Shown: positions 1 to 13,353 of the stretch, piece after piece | Layout: every line of letters starts with the position of its first letter | Numbering within the stretch: the stretch's first letter is position 1 | Assembly: GCF_044704955.1 (NCBI RefSeq) | Contig: NC_091988.1 | Span: 52,638,001-52,702,000 of the forward strand | Direction: 5' to 3' | Source: Pristiophorus japonicus | Lineage: Eukaryota | Length of the DNA: 64,000 bases | Notes under the pieces: model-generated | Told to the model about the DNA's origin: nothing | The model's input: the letters and a program-made list of their open reading frames with translations, nothing else | Database searches by the model: none | Translations under genes and position numbers: made by a program

Positions 1-444
1 TTGTTTCCAAGGTGTTTGGATACACACTTGATGGACCCAGCAAACCTACTTTGAATGGTCTATTTTTCAAATAGGGATTTCATAATATGGCTCAAATAGA
101 AACATCACTTCCATTAATCTAAGAATTCAAATAAAGCAAATTAAAAGAAAAAAAGTCTTGTCTGATCAAAGCTCTAAAGCACAAAGTCCAAGCACCTATT
201 ACGTGTCGCTAATCTATCAATAATGTCACTACCTAGCACTGCATTGGGCATTTAGAAACTCAAGTCCAATTAACTGGTCTTCACTTGTTGAATTGCGGGA
301 CTGGCTAACTGTGGTAAAACATCTGTCATTGTGTTCTATCAAGTGATCTAAGGCACGTTCTTTTGAAAAAACTCAGAAATTTGGAGGTAAGTTGTCTTGA
401 CATCACCCACCCCAGCGACACCACCATTTCCCCTCCCATCAAAG

Positions 445-955
445 ATCATCATCATAGGCAGTGCCTCGAAATCGAGGAAGATTTGCTTCCACTCTAAAAA
501 TGAGTTCTTAGGTGACTAAACAGTCCAATACGGGAATTACAGTCTCTGTCACAGGTGGGACAGACAGTCGTTGAAGGAAAGGGTGGGTGGGACTGGTTTG
601 TTGCACGCTCCTTCCGCTGCCTGCTCTGGTTTTCTGCATGCTCTCGGTGACGAGACTCGAGGTGTTCAGCGCCCTCCCAGATGCACTTCCTTCACTTAGG
701 GCGGTCTTTGGCCAGGGACTCCCAAGTGTCGGTGAGGATGTTGCATTTTATCAAGGAGGCTTTGAGGGTGTCCTTGAAACATTTCCTCTGCCCACCTGGG
801 GCTCGCTTGCCGTGTAGGAGTTCCGAGTAGAGCGCTTGCTTTGAGAGTCCTGTGTCAGGCATGCGAGCAATGTAGCCCGCCCAAAAAGAGCTGGTCGAGT
901 GTGGGCAGTGCTTTGATGCTGGGGATTTTGGCCTGATCGAGGACGCTAACGTTGG
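445..955 (-). mobile_element. RTE-clade LINE 3' fragment
   Basis: WAGYIARMPD...KDTLKASL ORF with an (ATC)n tail at the left end. Confidence 0.88.
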
Positions 956-1217
956 AACACAATAGCCAGCAGCCAAATGAGAAATGAATACTCAACTATA
1001 GATATGATGGAAGCAGAGTTTAGGTGTGTGCTAAATAGGGCAAACCATTTAATTTTAGATTAGAGTGAACTAAAGATTGACTTTAGATTAGCTGCATCTT
1101 TAAAAACATTTATTTTTCTTTGTAGCAGAAGAGTAGTCAATGTGTGAAACTCTTCCAATGCAGCCACATTTCAATAGGAATCATATTGTAGTTGGTTTCC
1201 CTTAGTGATTCAGAAAT

Positions 1218-1605
1218 TACTCAGAACTCCTACACAGCAAACAAGCCCCAGGTGGGCAGAGGAAACATTTCAACGACACCCTCAAAGCTTCCTTGATAAA
1301 GTGCAACATCCCCACCGGCACCTGGGAATCCCTGGCCCACGACCGCCCAAAGTGGAGGAAGAGCATCCAGGAGGGCGCTGAGCACCTCGAGTCCCATCGC
1401 CGAGAGCACGTAGAAATCAAGTGCAGACAGCGGAAGGAGCATGCGGCAAATCAGGCTGTCCACTCACCCTTTCCTTCAACCACTGTCTGCCCCACCTGTG
1501 ACAGAGACTGTAATGCCTGCACTGGACTGTACAGCCACCTGAGAACTCATTTTGAGAGTGGAAGCAAGTCTTCCTCGATTCCGAGGGACTGTCGATGATG
1601 ATGAT
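1218..1605 (+). mobile_element. RTE-clade LINE 3' fragment
   Basis: C-terminal zinc finger CPTCDRDC...HLRTH and (GAT)n tail. Confidence 0.88.
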
Positions 1606-2369
1606 TCCTGTCATAAAATTACTTTGTTGCCTAAATTAGTCCCTTTGTGAGATAGCAATTTGTACACTGGGAGAAGCTGACAAAATTCATTATCTTTAAT
1701 GTCTGGAGCATCAAGTTATTCCTATCAAGATGCCAAAAGCAAAAAGACCAGCATGATCATGAACCCACTGTTCACCTCTTACCTACTGCACATTAGAAGG
1801 GACTTGCATCTTAATTGCCAGACCATTGGGAAGAATATTTTTGATCTTCAAATGAGCCTGCTTCAACTATAAAGAAAATACAAGCATACAACTGGCAGGA
1901 GTCCTGGTGTCCCTAGTCCTCGCTTAGTGAAGCTTATTCCATGCAAGGTAGCCAGAAGGGAATTCGTGGGGTAATTTCCCATGCAACATTTCAAAAGAGA
2001 ACATTAACAGATACCAACAAGAAACCTGCTAAGAAGTCAGACCGCCTATTAATTTGGGACAGTTTATGTATTGTGGAAGTCAAGTATTGTACTGCTAGTC
2101 TATTTCTGTGTTCTGCCTCTGTAATTAGGTTACTTGTAAATAAATCTGACTTAGGTTTAACCAAAATGCAACATTCAGACATACGATATTTCACACCCTT
2201 TGGAGTAGGCAGGGGAGCGCTGTGGGCAGCCCATGTGCTCGCACTATCCCATTCACACAGTAGGTAGCAACCTCGGCAACCTTTTCAGCCCTGAGTTGAG
2301 CTTCTTACCCCATATCCTCTCTATCACATAGACTGCCTACTTCCAGCTCTGTCTGCTTCCACCCCTACC

Positions 2370-2945
2370 CCAGTCCATCTGTTGCTGAAACCCTCATCCA
2401 CGCCCTGGTCACCTCCAGACTCAATTATTCCAATGCTGCTCTGGCCAGCCTCCCACCCTCCAAACATTTCAGTTCATCCAAAATGCTGTTGCTGGAATCC
2501 TATCTCACACAGAGTCCTGCTCATCCTATCCTCACTGACCTACTTGGCTTTCAGTCCTCCAATCCCTCAAATTTAGGATTCCTGTCTTCGTGTTTAAACC
2601 CATCAATGGTCTATTCCCTCCCTATCTCTGTAGCCTCCTCCAGTCCTAGAAGCCCCACAAACTCTCCATTCTTGAGCATTCCTCCTTCCATTCATCCCTC
2701 CATTGACAGTTGTACCATCAACCACCCAGGACCCATGCACTCAAATTCCCTCCCTAATCCTGGCCACCTCACAACTTTCTTTTCCTCTTTTAAGACCTTT
2801 CTTAAAACCCGCCTCTTTGACCAAGCTTTTGTTAACAGCTCTCTTTTAGCCTGCTGTCCATATTTTTCCCCTTACATCTCCGTGAAGCACTGTGGTATTT
2901 ATCTATGTTAAAGGAACAATTTGAAGGCAAGTTGTAGTTGCTGCT
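2370..2945 (+). mobile_element. L2-clade LINE 3' fragment
   Basis: Degenerate L2 ORF2 end (FKTFLKTRLF) and tail ...aagttgtagttg. Confidence 0.7.
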
Positions 2946-3145
2946 GCAGCTTAGAGTGAATAAGAAATCAGTTTTCTTATGGAACCCAACTTTTGTTGTT
3001 GTCACTGGAACACCTTCACCTGAAAATTCGTTAGATTAAATAAAATGTCACTAGGCCATTTTTTTGAAGCAGTGCTGCACATTCTCATTCCACCCTAACC
3101 CGGTCACCTGTATCTGGGATTCATAACTCAGCTCTTTCACATTAC

Positions 3146-3331
3146 CTGAGAAGTTCCTGTTTCTTTGCTCGATTGTGTGTGCTGAGGGCTTTCAGCTCTG
3201 CCTGACGCTTGCGCAGTTCTGTCAGAACCTCATCCTCGGAGTCTTCAGTAGGACGGTCCTCAGAATCTAGCAGACCCTGAGCAATTAGTTCTTCCTTAAT
3301 TCGTGCTTCGAGAGACTTTGTGTGAGGAACG
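3146..3331 (-). CDS. TADA3: TADA3 coding exon 7 (VPHTKSLEARIKEEL...DEVLTELRKRQAEL...LLR); the final exon was not found and probably lies left of the window
   Basis: AG/GT boundaries, 186 bp, ADA3 C-terminal conserved region. Confidence 0.94.
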
Positions 3332-4028
3332 CTGCAACCGATACATTGAATATTTTAAATAAAATGCATTACAGAGCAGCCGGCTGACCATCAGGACCAG
3401 TGAACAATATTTAGAATGGACACCACAGTAACTGCACAGCTAGAAGAGACCAGATCCAAGAAAGTGGACAACCCGATTAGTGCAAAGTTCAGGAGCACTA
3501 CTTCTGCTAAAGAGCCTACATACAATATTTATTATATAACTATATAAAATTCCTTTTTTTTCAGCTGCAAGGTCTGTTGACCATCCAACCTTCATGGTTA
3601 CTGAGCAGACCAAGGGCTAAATGCAGTTGGAAAAAAAAAAAAGAGGAATGGATTCAGTGACACTTTTCCCTTCACACTTCTATGCAGGCGAATGAAACAT
3701 GTCAAGTCCTGGATCTTCTCAGGCTGCAAACAGGTAGAGTGATCTTTATTCCAAGCTGTTCAGCAAGTCACAGTAATGCCAGCTATATGTGATTAGATTC
3801 CTATTATGAATAAAACCCAATACCCTGTAATAGTTTCATACAACGATATATAATCTGATTGGTAGATTCTTCATGTAATAGAGAAACATTCTTCTCTCAT
3901 TGTCCCAACCTGTTGTGTTGTCTCCCAGGGCATCACACACTAAGAATGCAAAGGAAGTTAGCATCTGCAGTTATTCTGAAATCTCTCTCATCGATAGTTA
4001 GTGCAACTCGATGGTCCAGAGAGCTCAC

Positions 4029-4138
4029 CTGAATGCCTTATTCTGACTTCGAGGGGAGGTGCTTGCTCCATCAGTTCCAACGTCTTTCCCAGTCATCTCT
4101 GGTATGGGAGAGTCTTCCATGGGTGAAATAATGTTCTC
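4029..4138 (-). CDS. TADA3: TADA3 coding exon 6 (ENIISPMEDSPIP...QNKAF)
   Basis: AG/GT boundaries, 110 bp, in frame with neighbours. Confidence 0.93.
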
Positions 4139-4444
4139 CTGGAAAGGGGGGGGGGAAATTGAAACGCTCAGCAATGAAAGAGATACCAGGCATTAAATTA
4201 GACCTTAATGAAGGCAGAAGTCCTTTGACACTAGGGAAAAAATATAGGAAAAAAAACTTCATCTTGTGCAAGGTTTTGAAGAATCACTAATTCAGAATAT
4301 GATGTGTGGCACAGGCAGTGCAGGGATCAATTTTTTTTCTTTATAAATTATCAGGGTGTTGGGGCTGTCTTGTTTCCTCAATGACCAGGCTGGTTAAAGC
4401 ATCAGTAGCAGACCAAGAAGGTCCTAGGCTTAAACCAACCTAAT

Positions 4445-5190
4445 ACAAAAGCAAAATACTGTGGATGCTGGAATCTGGAATAAAAACAGAAAATGCTGGA
4501 AATCTCAGCAGCTCAGGCAGCATCTGTGGAGAGGAAGCAGAATTAACGTTTAGGTCAATGACCCTTCGTCAGAACTGGAGTGTTCAGAAAGAACGGATTC
4601 TTAACAAGCACTGAAAGGGAGGGGGACGAAAGAACAAAAGGGAAAGTTTGTGATAGGTTGGAAGACAGGAGAGATGAGAGAGACAAAAGGAATAATGGCC
4701 CAAATTCAAATGGTAATGCCAAGAATTAGAAAAACATTAATCAAAATACGGAGCGAATGGCGGGATAATGACCAACTGCCATTAGAGACAAGGAGAAAAA
4801 AAGAAACAAGCTCTGCGGGGAGGGGGAGGGAGAAAGGGAGCCAAAGATTGGCAGCGGTTGCGCTCTGAAACTGTTGAACTCGATGTTGAGTCCAGAAGGC
4901 TGTAAAATGCCTAAACGAAAGATGAGGTGCTGTTCCTCGAGCTTACGTTGAGCTTTGTAGGAACAGTGTAGGAGACCGAGGACAGAAAGGTCAGAGTGGG
5001 AATGGAGTGGAGAATTAAAGTGACAGGCGACCGGAAGCGCAGGGTCACACTTGTGGACTGAATGGAGGTGCTCCGCAAAGCGGTCACCCAATCTCCCCAA
5101 TGTAGAGGAGACCACATCATGAGCAGTGAATGCAGTATACTAAATTGAAAGAAGTACAAGTAAATCGCTGTTTCACCTAGAAGGAGTATT
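4445..5190 (-). mobile_element. Penelope-like element fragment (GIY-YIG C-terminus and terminal-repeat region)
   Basis: RLGDRFAEH...PVACHFN...EEQHLIFRLG...PSGLN peptide. Hammerhead-like core on the minus strand near 4545-4575. Confidence 0.8.
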
Positions 5191-5652
5191 TGGGAAGGGA
5201 GGTGGTGAAAGGGCAGGTGTTGCACCTCCTGCTCTTGACTAATGTCTCTAGAGGGCAGAATTGAGGAGCGCAGACATCTCGGGGGTTTGTGGGGCTGGAG
5301 GAGATTACAGAGATAGGGAAGCATGAGGCCATGGAGGGATTTGAAAATAAGGATGAGAATTTTGAAATCGAAGCGTTGCTTAGCCGGAGCCAATGTAGGT
5401 CAGCGAGCACAGGGGTGATGAGTAAGCGGGACTTGGTGCCAGTTAGGACACGGGCAGCCGAGTTTTGGATCATCTCTAGTTTACAAAGTTCAAGCTCAAT
5501 CCCTGGTCACCGGATCTGATATTGGCCAGGATGGACCTTTGACCTGTGGTACATGTTCACTGAACCTCTGTGAACATTCTTTTCTTCAAAATTAAAGATT
5601 TTGCAGATTTTAAATCAATTAGTATTCTGTGAAATTAGGTTTCCAGTCTCAC

Positions 5653-5750
5653 CTCCACCAAAGCCTGGAGCAATCGCTGTGTGAGGGGCCCAAAGGGAGA
5701 GCCATCTTCAGGCTGATCGTGCTGCTCTTTCTTCAGCAACGCATCCACGT
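5653..5750 (-). CDS. TADA3: TADA3 coding exon 5 (DVDALLKK...GPLTQRLLQALVE)
   Basis: AG/GT boundaries, 98 bp, conserved LTQRLLQALVE motif. Confidence 0.94.
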
Positions 5751-5824
5751 CTAATACAAAAACAATACAAAAAATAAATTCTCAGTTGCAACAAAAATTG
5801 CATTTAAAAAGTATCTTTAATAAG

Positions 5825-6288
5825 AAAAGAAAGACTTGCATTTACATAGCACCTTTCACAACCATTGGATGTCTCAAAGACTTTGCAGCAAATTAAGTAC
5901 TTTTGGAGTGTAGTCACTCTTGTAATGTGGGAAACGCGGCAGCCAATTTGCCCACAGCAAGTTCTCACAAACAGCAATGTGATAATGACCAGATAATCGG
6001 TCTTTGTTATGTTGATTGAGGGATAAATATTGTCCAGAGCACCGGGGATAACTTCCCTGCTCTTTTTCGAAATAGTGTCACAGGATCTTTTATGTCCACC
6101 TGAGAGAGCAGACGGGGCTTCAGTTTAACGTCTCATCCGAAAGACGGCACCTCCGACAGTGCACCGCTCCCTCAGCACGGCACTCGAGTGTCAGCCTAGA
6201 TTATTGTGTTCAAGTCCCTGGAGTGGGACTTGAACTCACAACCGTCTGACTCAGAGGTGAGTGTACTATCTACTGACCACTGGTTGAC
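5825..6288 (-). mobile_element. Full-length tRNA-headed Deu-domain SINE (SacSINE1-like)
   Basis: tRNA-like head with A/B boxes, Deu-like core (GGATGAGACGTTAAAC...GGTGGAC.TAAAAGATCC) and L2-like tail. Confidence 0.85.
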
Positions 6289-7380
6289 CATGTCAAGAAA
6301 TGACCCTCAGCCTTTCACAAAAGATGTATAAAGTAACGGATGCCGAGCCGACAAGAGAGAGGTTGACCAAAACTTTGGTCGAAGAGACCAGGTTTGAGAA
6401 GGCTTTTAAAATGGTGCAGTGAGAGGTAGGGAAGGAGATCCAGAGAGAGGCTCCACCAGCAAAAGGGGCGAAAGAAGGTGGGTGTATACGAGTCCAGAGC
6501 CAATCGAAATGCTCGATCAAGATTCGACACAGGGATGGAGAAAGGTGCAAAGAAAACATATGATGAGAGCTTGGAGGGATTTATAGATGCAGACGATGAT
6601 TTTAACTATTTGTCGCGGTATGGGGAACCAGTGCAGAGAAACAAGGATGGGAGTGATGGGTGAATAAGACACGTTGCAGGACAGGATATGAGCGGCACAG
6701 TTTTAGACAGGTTACAGTGAAGTCAGCATTGCTAAGGTAGTATCGGCTTTTTTTTTTCCTTATTGGGAAAAGAGGGAAAAATAGAAAGAAGGGTAGCAAG
6801 ATTTGAGGGTGCACAGGTCAAAAGGGGAGGCTGGTTGCCAGTAATTGTGATGGTAATGATGCCGATCCCTGCTCAGCTAATAGCAGCCGGCTAGATACAG
6901 ATCAGATACATCAAGCAGATCTTTTCCAGTTGGTAGACCTAGCAAAAGAACCAAAGGTGACACAAGAAAAACATTTTTACGCAGCGAGTGGTTAGGATCT
7001 GGAATGCACTGCCTGAAGGGGTGGTGGAGCAGACTCAATCACAGCTTTCAAAAGGGAGTTGGTTAAGTACCTGAAAGAAATACATTTTCAGGGCTACGGG
7101 GAAAGGGTAGGGGGAATGGGACTAGCTGAGAGTTGGCACGGGCTCGACGGGCCGAATAGCCTTCTTCCATGCTGTAACCATTCTATGATTCTATGACAAG
7201 GCAGCTTTCCAGGAGGCCTTTTTAAAAACACAACATTAAATGAAGATATGTATTCTCAAGAAGGAGTTCAATAAACAGAGAATGGAAAAGGACTGCACAA
7301 ACATGCTATCATTATTCGAGAAACAAAACGCACACTGTGGCTTCACTCGACTGCAGAGCACATCACTAAGGCCAGCTCAC

Positions 7381-7522
7381 CTTTAGAGTCAAGCTCAGTT
7401 AAAGCTCCAAGCATGCCTTTCTTCTTCTCTGCAGCAGCCATAGCACGGGCACCTTCCTTCTGCTCCTCCAGAAGGTCCTCCTGCGCCCAGCGCTGAGAGT
7501 AATGTTTCCCCAGTGGAGGGAT
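7381..7522 (-). CDS. TADA3: TADA3 coding exon 4 (IPPLGKHYSQRWAQEDL...ELDSK)
   Basis: AG/GT boundaries, 142 bp, conserved IPPLGKHY motif. Confidence 0.95.
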
Positions 7523-8619
7523 CTGTGCAGAAAGGAATGCAACAGAAAATGATTGAGATAAAAAATGGAGAATTATTAAGTGTTGCTGACTAGCACTCCT
7601 ACAGAACTGTGCTATTCTTCCTCAGCCAATGACATTCGCCTGTTGATCAGTCATTAGTGTACAATCTGCCATTCACAAGCTCACACCCCTGAATATGCAT
7701 GTGTGTTCAGCTGTACTGTTTCACTCTTCCTGCTTTTCCAATGAACATGTTCGGCCGTCCCATTTTCTCTCTTCCTATTGTAAAACCTAATTCCAAAAGA
7801 AGTATAATCAACAGAGTTGTATTGTGCCACCAAGGAGGCCAGATATGGGTTTGTGCTCATAATTTCCCCATAATGAAAACATCAGTCTACCGTGATATCA
7901 TGGGGTACTGCTGAATAACTGTTCACTCGGGGGTGGGGGGTGGGGGAGAACTTCCCTCTCCAACCCACTCTTGCCCATTTTTCAGCTCATAGAGCATGGC
8001 TTCAACAAGGTCTGTCAGCAGGATTCCAGCCTACACTCCCGGGTGGAAGCGGTGGTAAAGCCCCTTAAAACATGATTTTATTTTGTGTTGATGCTTATTT
8101 AAAATGGTGAGGGCTGATAATTGGGGGCACTGTAAAGCTAAGGATGACAAGCCACAGCGTTAATGGATGCTAATTCAGTTTGCTTATTGTCGGGCTGGTT
8201 CCCAAATCAGCAAACAATTAATGGAAGAAAAGTTCTGTAGAAGGATGTTTAGCGATAATGGTTTGTAATAATTTTTTAATCCAACAATGGGGACTTGATG
8301 GTAACACCCTGTACGATAGAGGTGTCCATTATATTTGAACCACCCCAAATCCTCCTTTGGAGTGCTTGATAGTGTTACTAGTCCTCTGCCCAGTAGGGTT
8401 ATCCCTCACATGGACAAGTATAGGCGCAAGCACAGACACACGTTTACTATACTCCTTCATGCCATATTTTAGGTCCTTCCTTGTCCTTCCCTCAAATGAA
8501 GCCTAGCACCTCCAACATGCTTACAAAAGCCTCCTAAAGGCCTTCCTCTTCAATGTGCTTTTGTCTCACAACCTTCTCTTCCCTGTCTCTCTCCTGCTCA
8601 ATCCATACTAGTCATTTAC

Positions 8620-8725
8620 CTTATAATACTCCGCTTCATCTTCAGGGGGTTTCAGCAGGTCCTCGAGGACACGGATCTCCTCGTTGGTGATATCAGCACA
8701 GTACGGTTCCACTGATGCCCAAAAC
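8620..8725 (-). CDS. TADA3: TADA3 coding exon 3 (FWASVEPYCADIT...EAEYYK)
   Basis: AG/GT boundaries, 106 bp, conserved FWASVEPYC motif. Confidence 0.95.
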
Positions 8726-9755
8726 CTGCAGTACAAGATGGTCAATGACTTAGAATTGAATATTAAGGGAATCAAGGGATATGAGGACAGCACAGGAAAG
8801 TGGAGTTAAGGTAGAAGATCAGCCATGATCGTATTGAATGGCAGAGTTGGCTCGGGGGGTCGATTGGTCTACTCCTGCTCCTAATTCTTATGTTCTTATG
8901 TAATTCACTGCTGGCATCCAGTAAGTGTAAAGTTGTCGTCAACTCAAACACTGGGAGGCATCGCAAGGTCTTTAGATTGTAAACAGAGATAGATTATTTT
9001 AACCTCTATTTTAAATCATTGATAGTCATATTGAATAGTGCGTGTAGTTTTGTCACTCTCCAATACATCTATGTTCTCTTGATAAGAGGTTTCAAAGAAC
9101 AGTGACAAGGACAATTTCAGGAGTTTTAAAAGTGTGAGCAGAACCTCACAGAACTGAGCTCATTTCCATTCAGATAAAACAGACTAAGGGAACGGAATCC
9201 ACGTCTTTAAAATGGTTATGACCTGAACAATGCAGCCGCAAATCATTTAACTGAAAATATGATTGCAGAACTGCAAGATTTCAGTATAACATTTGTTTGT
9301 CCAGGCACAGATTATTAAATACTCCATGGACATTGTGTTTCTACTCCTGCTAGTTGGATCTAACAACTAAATTGTGCAACTAGATCAGCACGGGATTGAT
9401 GGGCCAAATGGCCGCCTTCCGTGCCGTAACCATTTTATGAATGCAATGTTGTATGCAATCTTTAGGCCATCAATCCCAGCACCTCAGGGGGAGGTTGGAA
9501 GCAATTTCAGACATTTACTTCTTGCAATTTTTCCTTGTGCTTACTCACCTCCCTCAGGAGATGAAATAATTTGGGCAGAGAGACAGCAGAAATACTACAC
9601 AATCTGAAGGAAGAAGCAGTGTGGCTGTGGTAAACAGTGTTTACTCCTGCGACATGTTCCAAAAGAGAGTTAAAGACATCAGGCATTTCCTAAGCTGCAG
9701 TCCCTGACAGAGATACAGAACCGAACACGTGCTTATAGGTGCTGTGGGATCCTAC

Positions 9756-10006
9756 CTGTTCGGGGCATCATTCTTTGGAATTCTGGGAACATCCAAGGGA
9801 TCATCTGTAAACTCATACTCCTGTATTTTAGGCTGTAGGTTTTTTGATTTGGGGCGTCCAGGACCGGGTCCAGTTCCATGACTGCCCTTTCCATCGATTT
9901 TCTGCTTCTTGGGTTTTCCATGTTTCTGTGGAGTTCCGCGCTCATGCTCCTTCCCAAATTTTAACAGCCTCTTATCTCCCTTTTTATCCTGCCAGTCCGT
10001 GAGGAT
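9756..10006 (-). CDS. TADA3: TADA3 coding exon 2 (ILTDWQDKKG...PKNDAPNR)
   Basis: AG/GT boundaries, 251 bp, frame-compatible with neighbouring exons, TADA3-like peptide. Confidence 0.95.
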
Positions 10007-10412
10007 CTGAAATCAACAGGTTAAATGCTCTTGAAAGAAATAAAAAATAACAGCAGCTTTTCAACTTGGCGACTTGGGTCAAAGGCATTCCCACTTTTGG
10101 TTACCTCAGTCAGAGATCACAAGTGTGTGGGCACCAGAACGGTCACTGTGGTGCACTTGGGGATACGTTTCTGAAACTGACCACAGGCCACAGGTCAAAG
10201 CCGTGATTCTAAATGGTTCCAATGACTGCATTTTGAAAGTGCAGGGGGCAGAGAGGTTAACACTAGCGCCCTATCTAGAGGATAAACAACCCTGTTGTGC
10301 CCACTTCCCAAAAATGTTAAATGTTTGGCTTTACCATATAAAACCATAAGGCAGATAGGAATAAGAGAAGGGATCTGCCTCCTTAGCTTGCCCTACTGCT
10401 TGGGTCTATGAT

Positions 10413-11312
10413 TCATCATCATCATAGGCAGTCCCTCAGAATCGAGGAAGACTTGCTTCCACTCCTGAAGTGAGTTCTTTGGTGGCTGAACAGTCCAATA
10501 TGAGAGCCACAGACTCTGTCACAGGTGGGGCAGAAAGTCGCTGAGGGAAGGGGTGGGTGGGACTGGTTTGCCACACGCTCCTTCTGCTGCCTTCGCTTGA
10601 CCTGTTCACGCTCTCGCCGTTGAAACTCGAAGAGCTCAACACTCTCCCGGATGCACTTTCTCCACTTAGGGCGGTCTTTGGCCAGGGATTCCCAGGTGTC
10701 AGTGGTGATGTCGCACTTTATCAGGGAGGCTTTGAGGGTGTCCTTGTAATGTTTCCGTTGCCCACCTTTGGCTTGTTTGCCATGAAGGAGCTCCGCACTG
10801 AGCACTTGCTTTGGGAGTCTCGTGCCTGGCATGCTAACTATGTGGCCTGCCCAGCGAAGCTGATTGAGTGTGGTCAGTGCTTTAATACCGGGGATGTTAG
10901 CCTGGATGAAGACACTGATGTTAGTGCGCCTGCCCTCCCAGGGGATTTGCAGTGATATATCTCCGGCGACTTGAGGTGTCTTCTGTACATCGCCCATGCC
11001 TCTGAGCCATACAGGAGGGCGGGTATTACTACAGCCCTGTAAATCATGAGCTTGGTGGTAGATTTGAGGGCCTGGTCTTTGAACACTCTTTTCCTCAGGT
11101 GGCCGAAGGCTGCACTGGCGCACTGGAGGCGATGTTGAATCTCCGCATCAATGTCTGCTTTTGTTGATAAGAGGCTCCCGAGGTATGGGAAGTGGTCCAC
11201 GTTGTCGAGGGCAACGCCCTGGATCTTGATGACTGGGGGGGGGCAGTGCTGTGCGGCGAGGACAGGCTGGTCGAGGATCTTTGTCTTACGGATGTTTAGC
11301 GTAAGGCCTGCT
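10413..11312 (-). mobile_element. RTE-clade LINE 3' fragment
   Basis: VDHFPYLGS, LLYGSEAW and LRWAGH motifs, zinc finger, (GAT)n tail. Confidence 0.9.
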
Positions 11313-11684
11313 CAGACTACATGCATATCAATCCATAATTACTCCATGTTTTGTTTCAAATCTTGAAAAAGCCAATGGAAATGTGTCACAGCTAACAGGA
11401 CCCTCGTGTTTAGACAATGGGAAGGCATACAAGGCATGTGATGGAGGAATAGAACTGGGGCCAGGATAGCAGAACCTTACTGGGGCATTGCATGACCATT
11501 TTACTAAATTCATGAAACACCCATTTTAATGAATTTTGTGCTTTTCTCCTGGAAGCTGCATGAAATTAATCAAATAGTCAAGTCACTGTTTTACTGACAG
11601 ATTTTTCATGCATTATTGATAATCTATCAGAACAACTCTGGTCAGACAGCACACAATTCAGCGCAGCCAAACTGGTTGCGATGA

Positions 11685-13127
11685 GAGATTGTGTAGAACT
11701 GGCCTATGCTCCCTGGCGTTTAGAAGAATGAGAGGTGATCTCATTGAAACGTACAAGATTCTGAAGGGGATTGACAGGGTAGATGCGGGGAGGTTGTCTC
11801 CCCTGGCTGGAGTGTCTAGAACTAGGGGGCACAGTCTCAGGATAAGGGGTAGGCCATTTAAGACAGAGATGAGGAGGAATTTCTTCATTCAGGGGGTTGT
11901 GAATCTTTGGAATTCTCTACCCCAGAGGGCTGTGGGTGCCGAGTTTCTGAGTATATTCAAAGCTGAGTTAGATAAGATTTTTGGAGTCTAGGGGAATCAA
12001 GAGATATGGCGATCTGGAGGGAAAGTGGAGTTGAGCTCGAAGATCAGACAGGAAGCAAAGAGTAGGAGTAAATGGGTACTTTTCAGAATGGCAGGCGGTG
12101 ACTAGTGGGGTACCGCAAGTTTCTGTGCTGGGGCCCCAGCTGTTTACATTGTACATTAATGATTTGGACGAGGGGATTAAATGTAGTATCTCCAAATTTG
12201 CGGATGACACTAAGTTGGGTGGCAGTGTGAGCTGTGAGGAGGATGCTATGAGGCTGCAGAGCGACTTGGTTAGGTGAGTGGGCAAATGCATGGCAGATGA
12301 AGTATAATGTGGATAAATGTGAGGTTATTCACTTTGGTGGTAAAAACAGAGAGACAGACTATTATCTGAATGGTGACAGATTAGGAAAAGGGGAGGTGCA
12401 ACGAGACCTGGGTCTCATGGTACATCAGTCATTGAAGGTTGGCATGCAGGTACAGCAGGCGGTTAAGAAAGCAAATGGCATGTTGGCCTTCATAGCGAGG
12501 GGATTTGAGTACAGGGGCAGGGGGGTGTTGCTACAGTTGTATAGGGCCTTGGTGAGGCCACACTTGGAGTATTGTGTACAGTTTTGGTCTCCTAACCTGA
12601 GGAAGGACATTCTTGCTATTGAGGGAGTGCAACGAAGGTTCACCAGACTGATTCCCGGGATGGCGGGACTGACAAATCAAGAAAGACTGGATCAACTGGG
12701 CTTGTATTCATTGGAGTTCAGAAGAATGAGAGGGGACCTCATAGAAACGTTTAAAATTCTGATGGGTTTAGACAGGTTAGATGCAGGAAGAATGTTCCCA
12801 ATGTTGGGGAAGTCCAGAACCAGGGGTCACAGTCTAAGGATAAGGGGTAAGCCATTTAGGACCGAGATGAGGAGAAACTTCTTCACCCAGAGAGAGGTGA
12901 ACCTGTGGAATTCTCTACCACAGAAAGTTGTTGAGGCCAATTCACTAAATATATTCAAAAAGAAGTTAGATGTTGTCCTTACTACTCGGGGGATCAAGGG
13001 GTATGGCGAGAAAGCAGGAATGGGGACTGAAGTTGCATGTTCAGCCATGAACTCATTGAATGGCGGTGCAGGCTAAAGGGCCGAATGGCCTACTCCTGCT
13101 CCTATTTCTTATGTTCTTATGTTCTAG
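11685..13127 (+). mobile_element. Two adjacent 5'-truncated CR1 LINE fragments in a TADA3 intron
   Basis: RT C-terminal ORFs 11689-11991 and 12297-13076 (RPHLEYCVQFWSP, RRMRGDLIE). Tail ttctatgttcttatgttct. Confidence 0.93.
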
Positions 13128-13146
13128 GTTATTGCACCATTCCTAC

Positions 13147-13353
13147 CTGTGTCTCTGCCTCTAGGATACGCAGCCGCCGACTCGCTGAGGACAGCAGTGT
13201 CTCCAGCTCCAGCTGTAATGTGTCCAGCTCCTCAATTCCAATCCCATCATCCTCGGAGCGCGAGAGCACAGCAGCATAGCGAGGACACATCTTCACATGG
13301 TCTACTGGCTTGAAGTCGTGGAATTGCAGTGGACAGTCTTTTAGTTCACTCAT
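13147..13353 (-). CDS. TADA3: TADA3 first coding exon (MSELKDCPLQ...AETQ)
   Basis: Translation matches the vertebrate TADA3/ADA3 N-terminus. ATG at 13353, GT donor at 13146-13145, AG acceptor just outside 13376. 207 bp, phase 0. Confidence 0.96.

Noticed and set aside
1-3145. TADA3 terminal coding exon
   Set aside because: I could not find the expected LAKEE...LKLLDG peptide here, so it probably lies outside the window.
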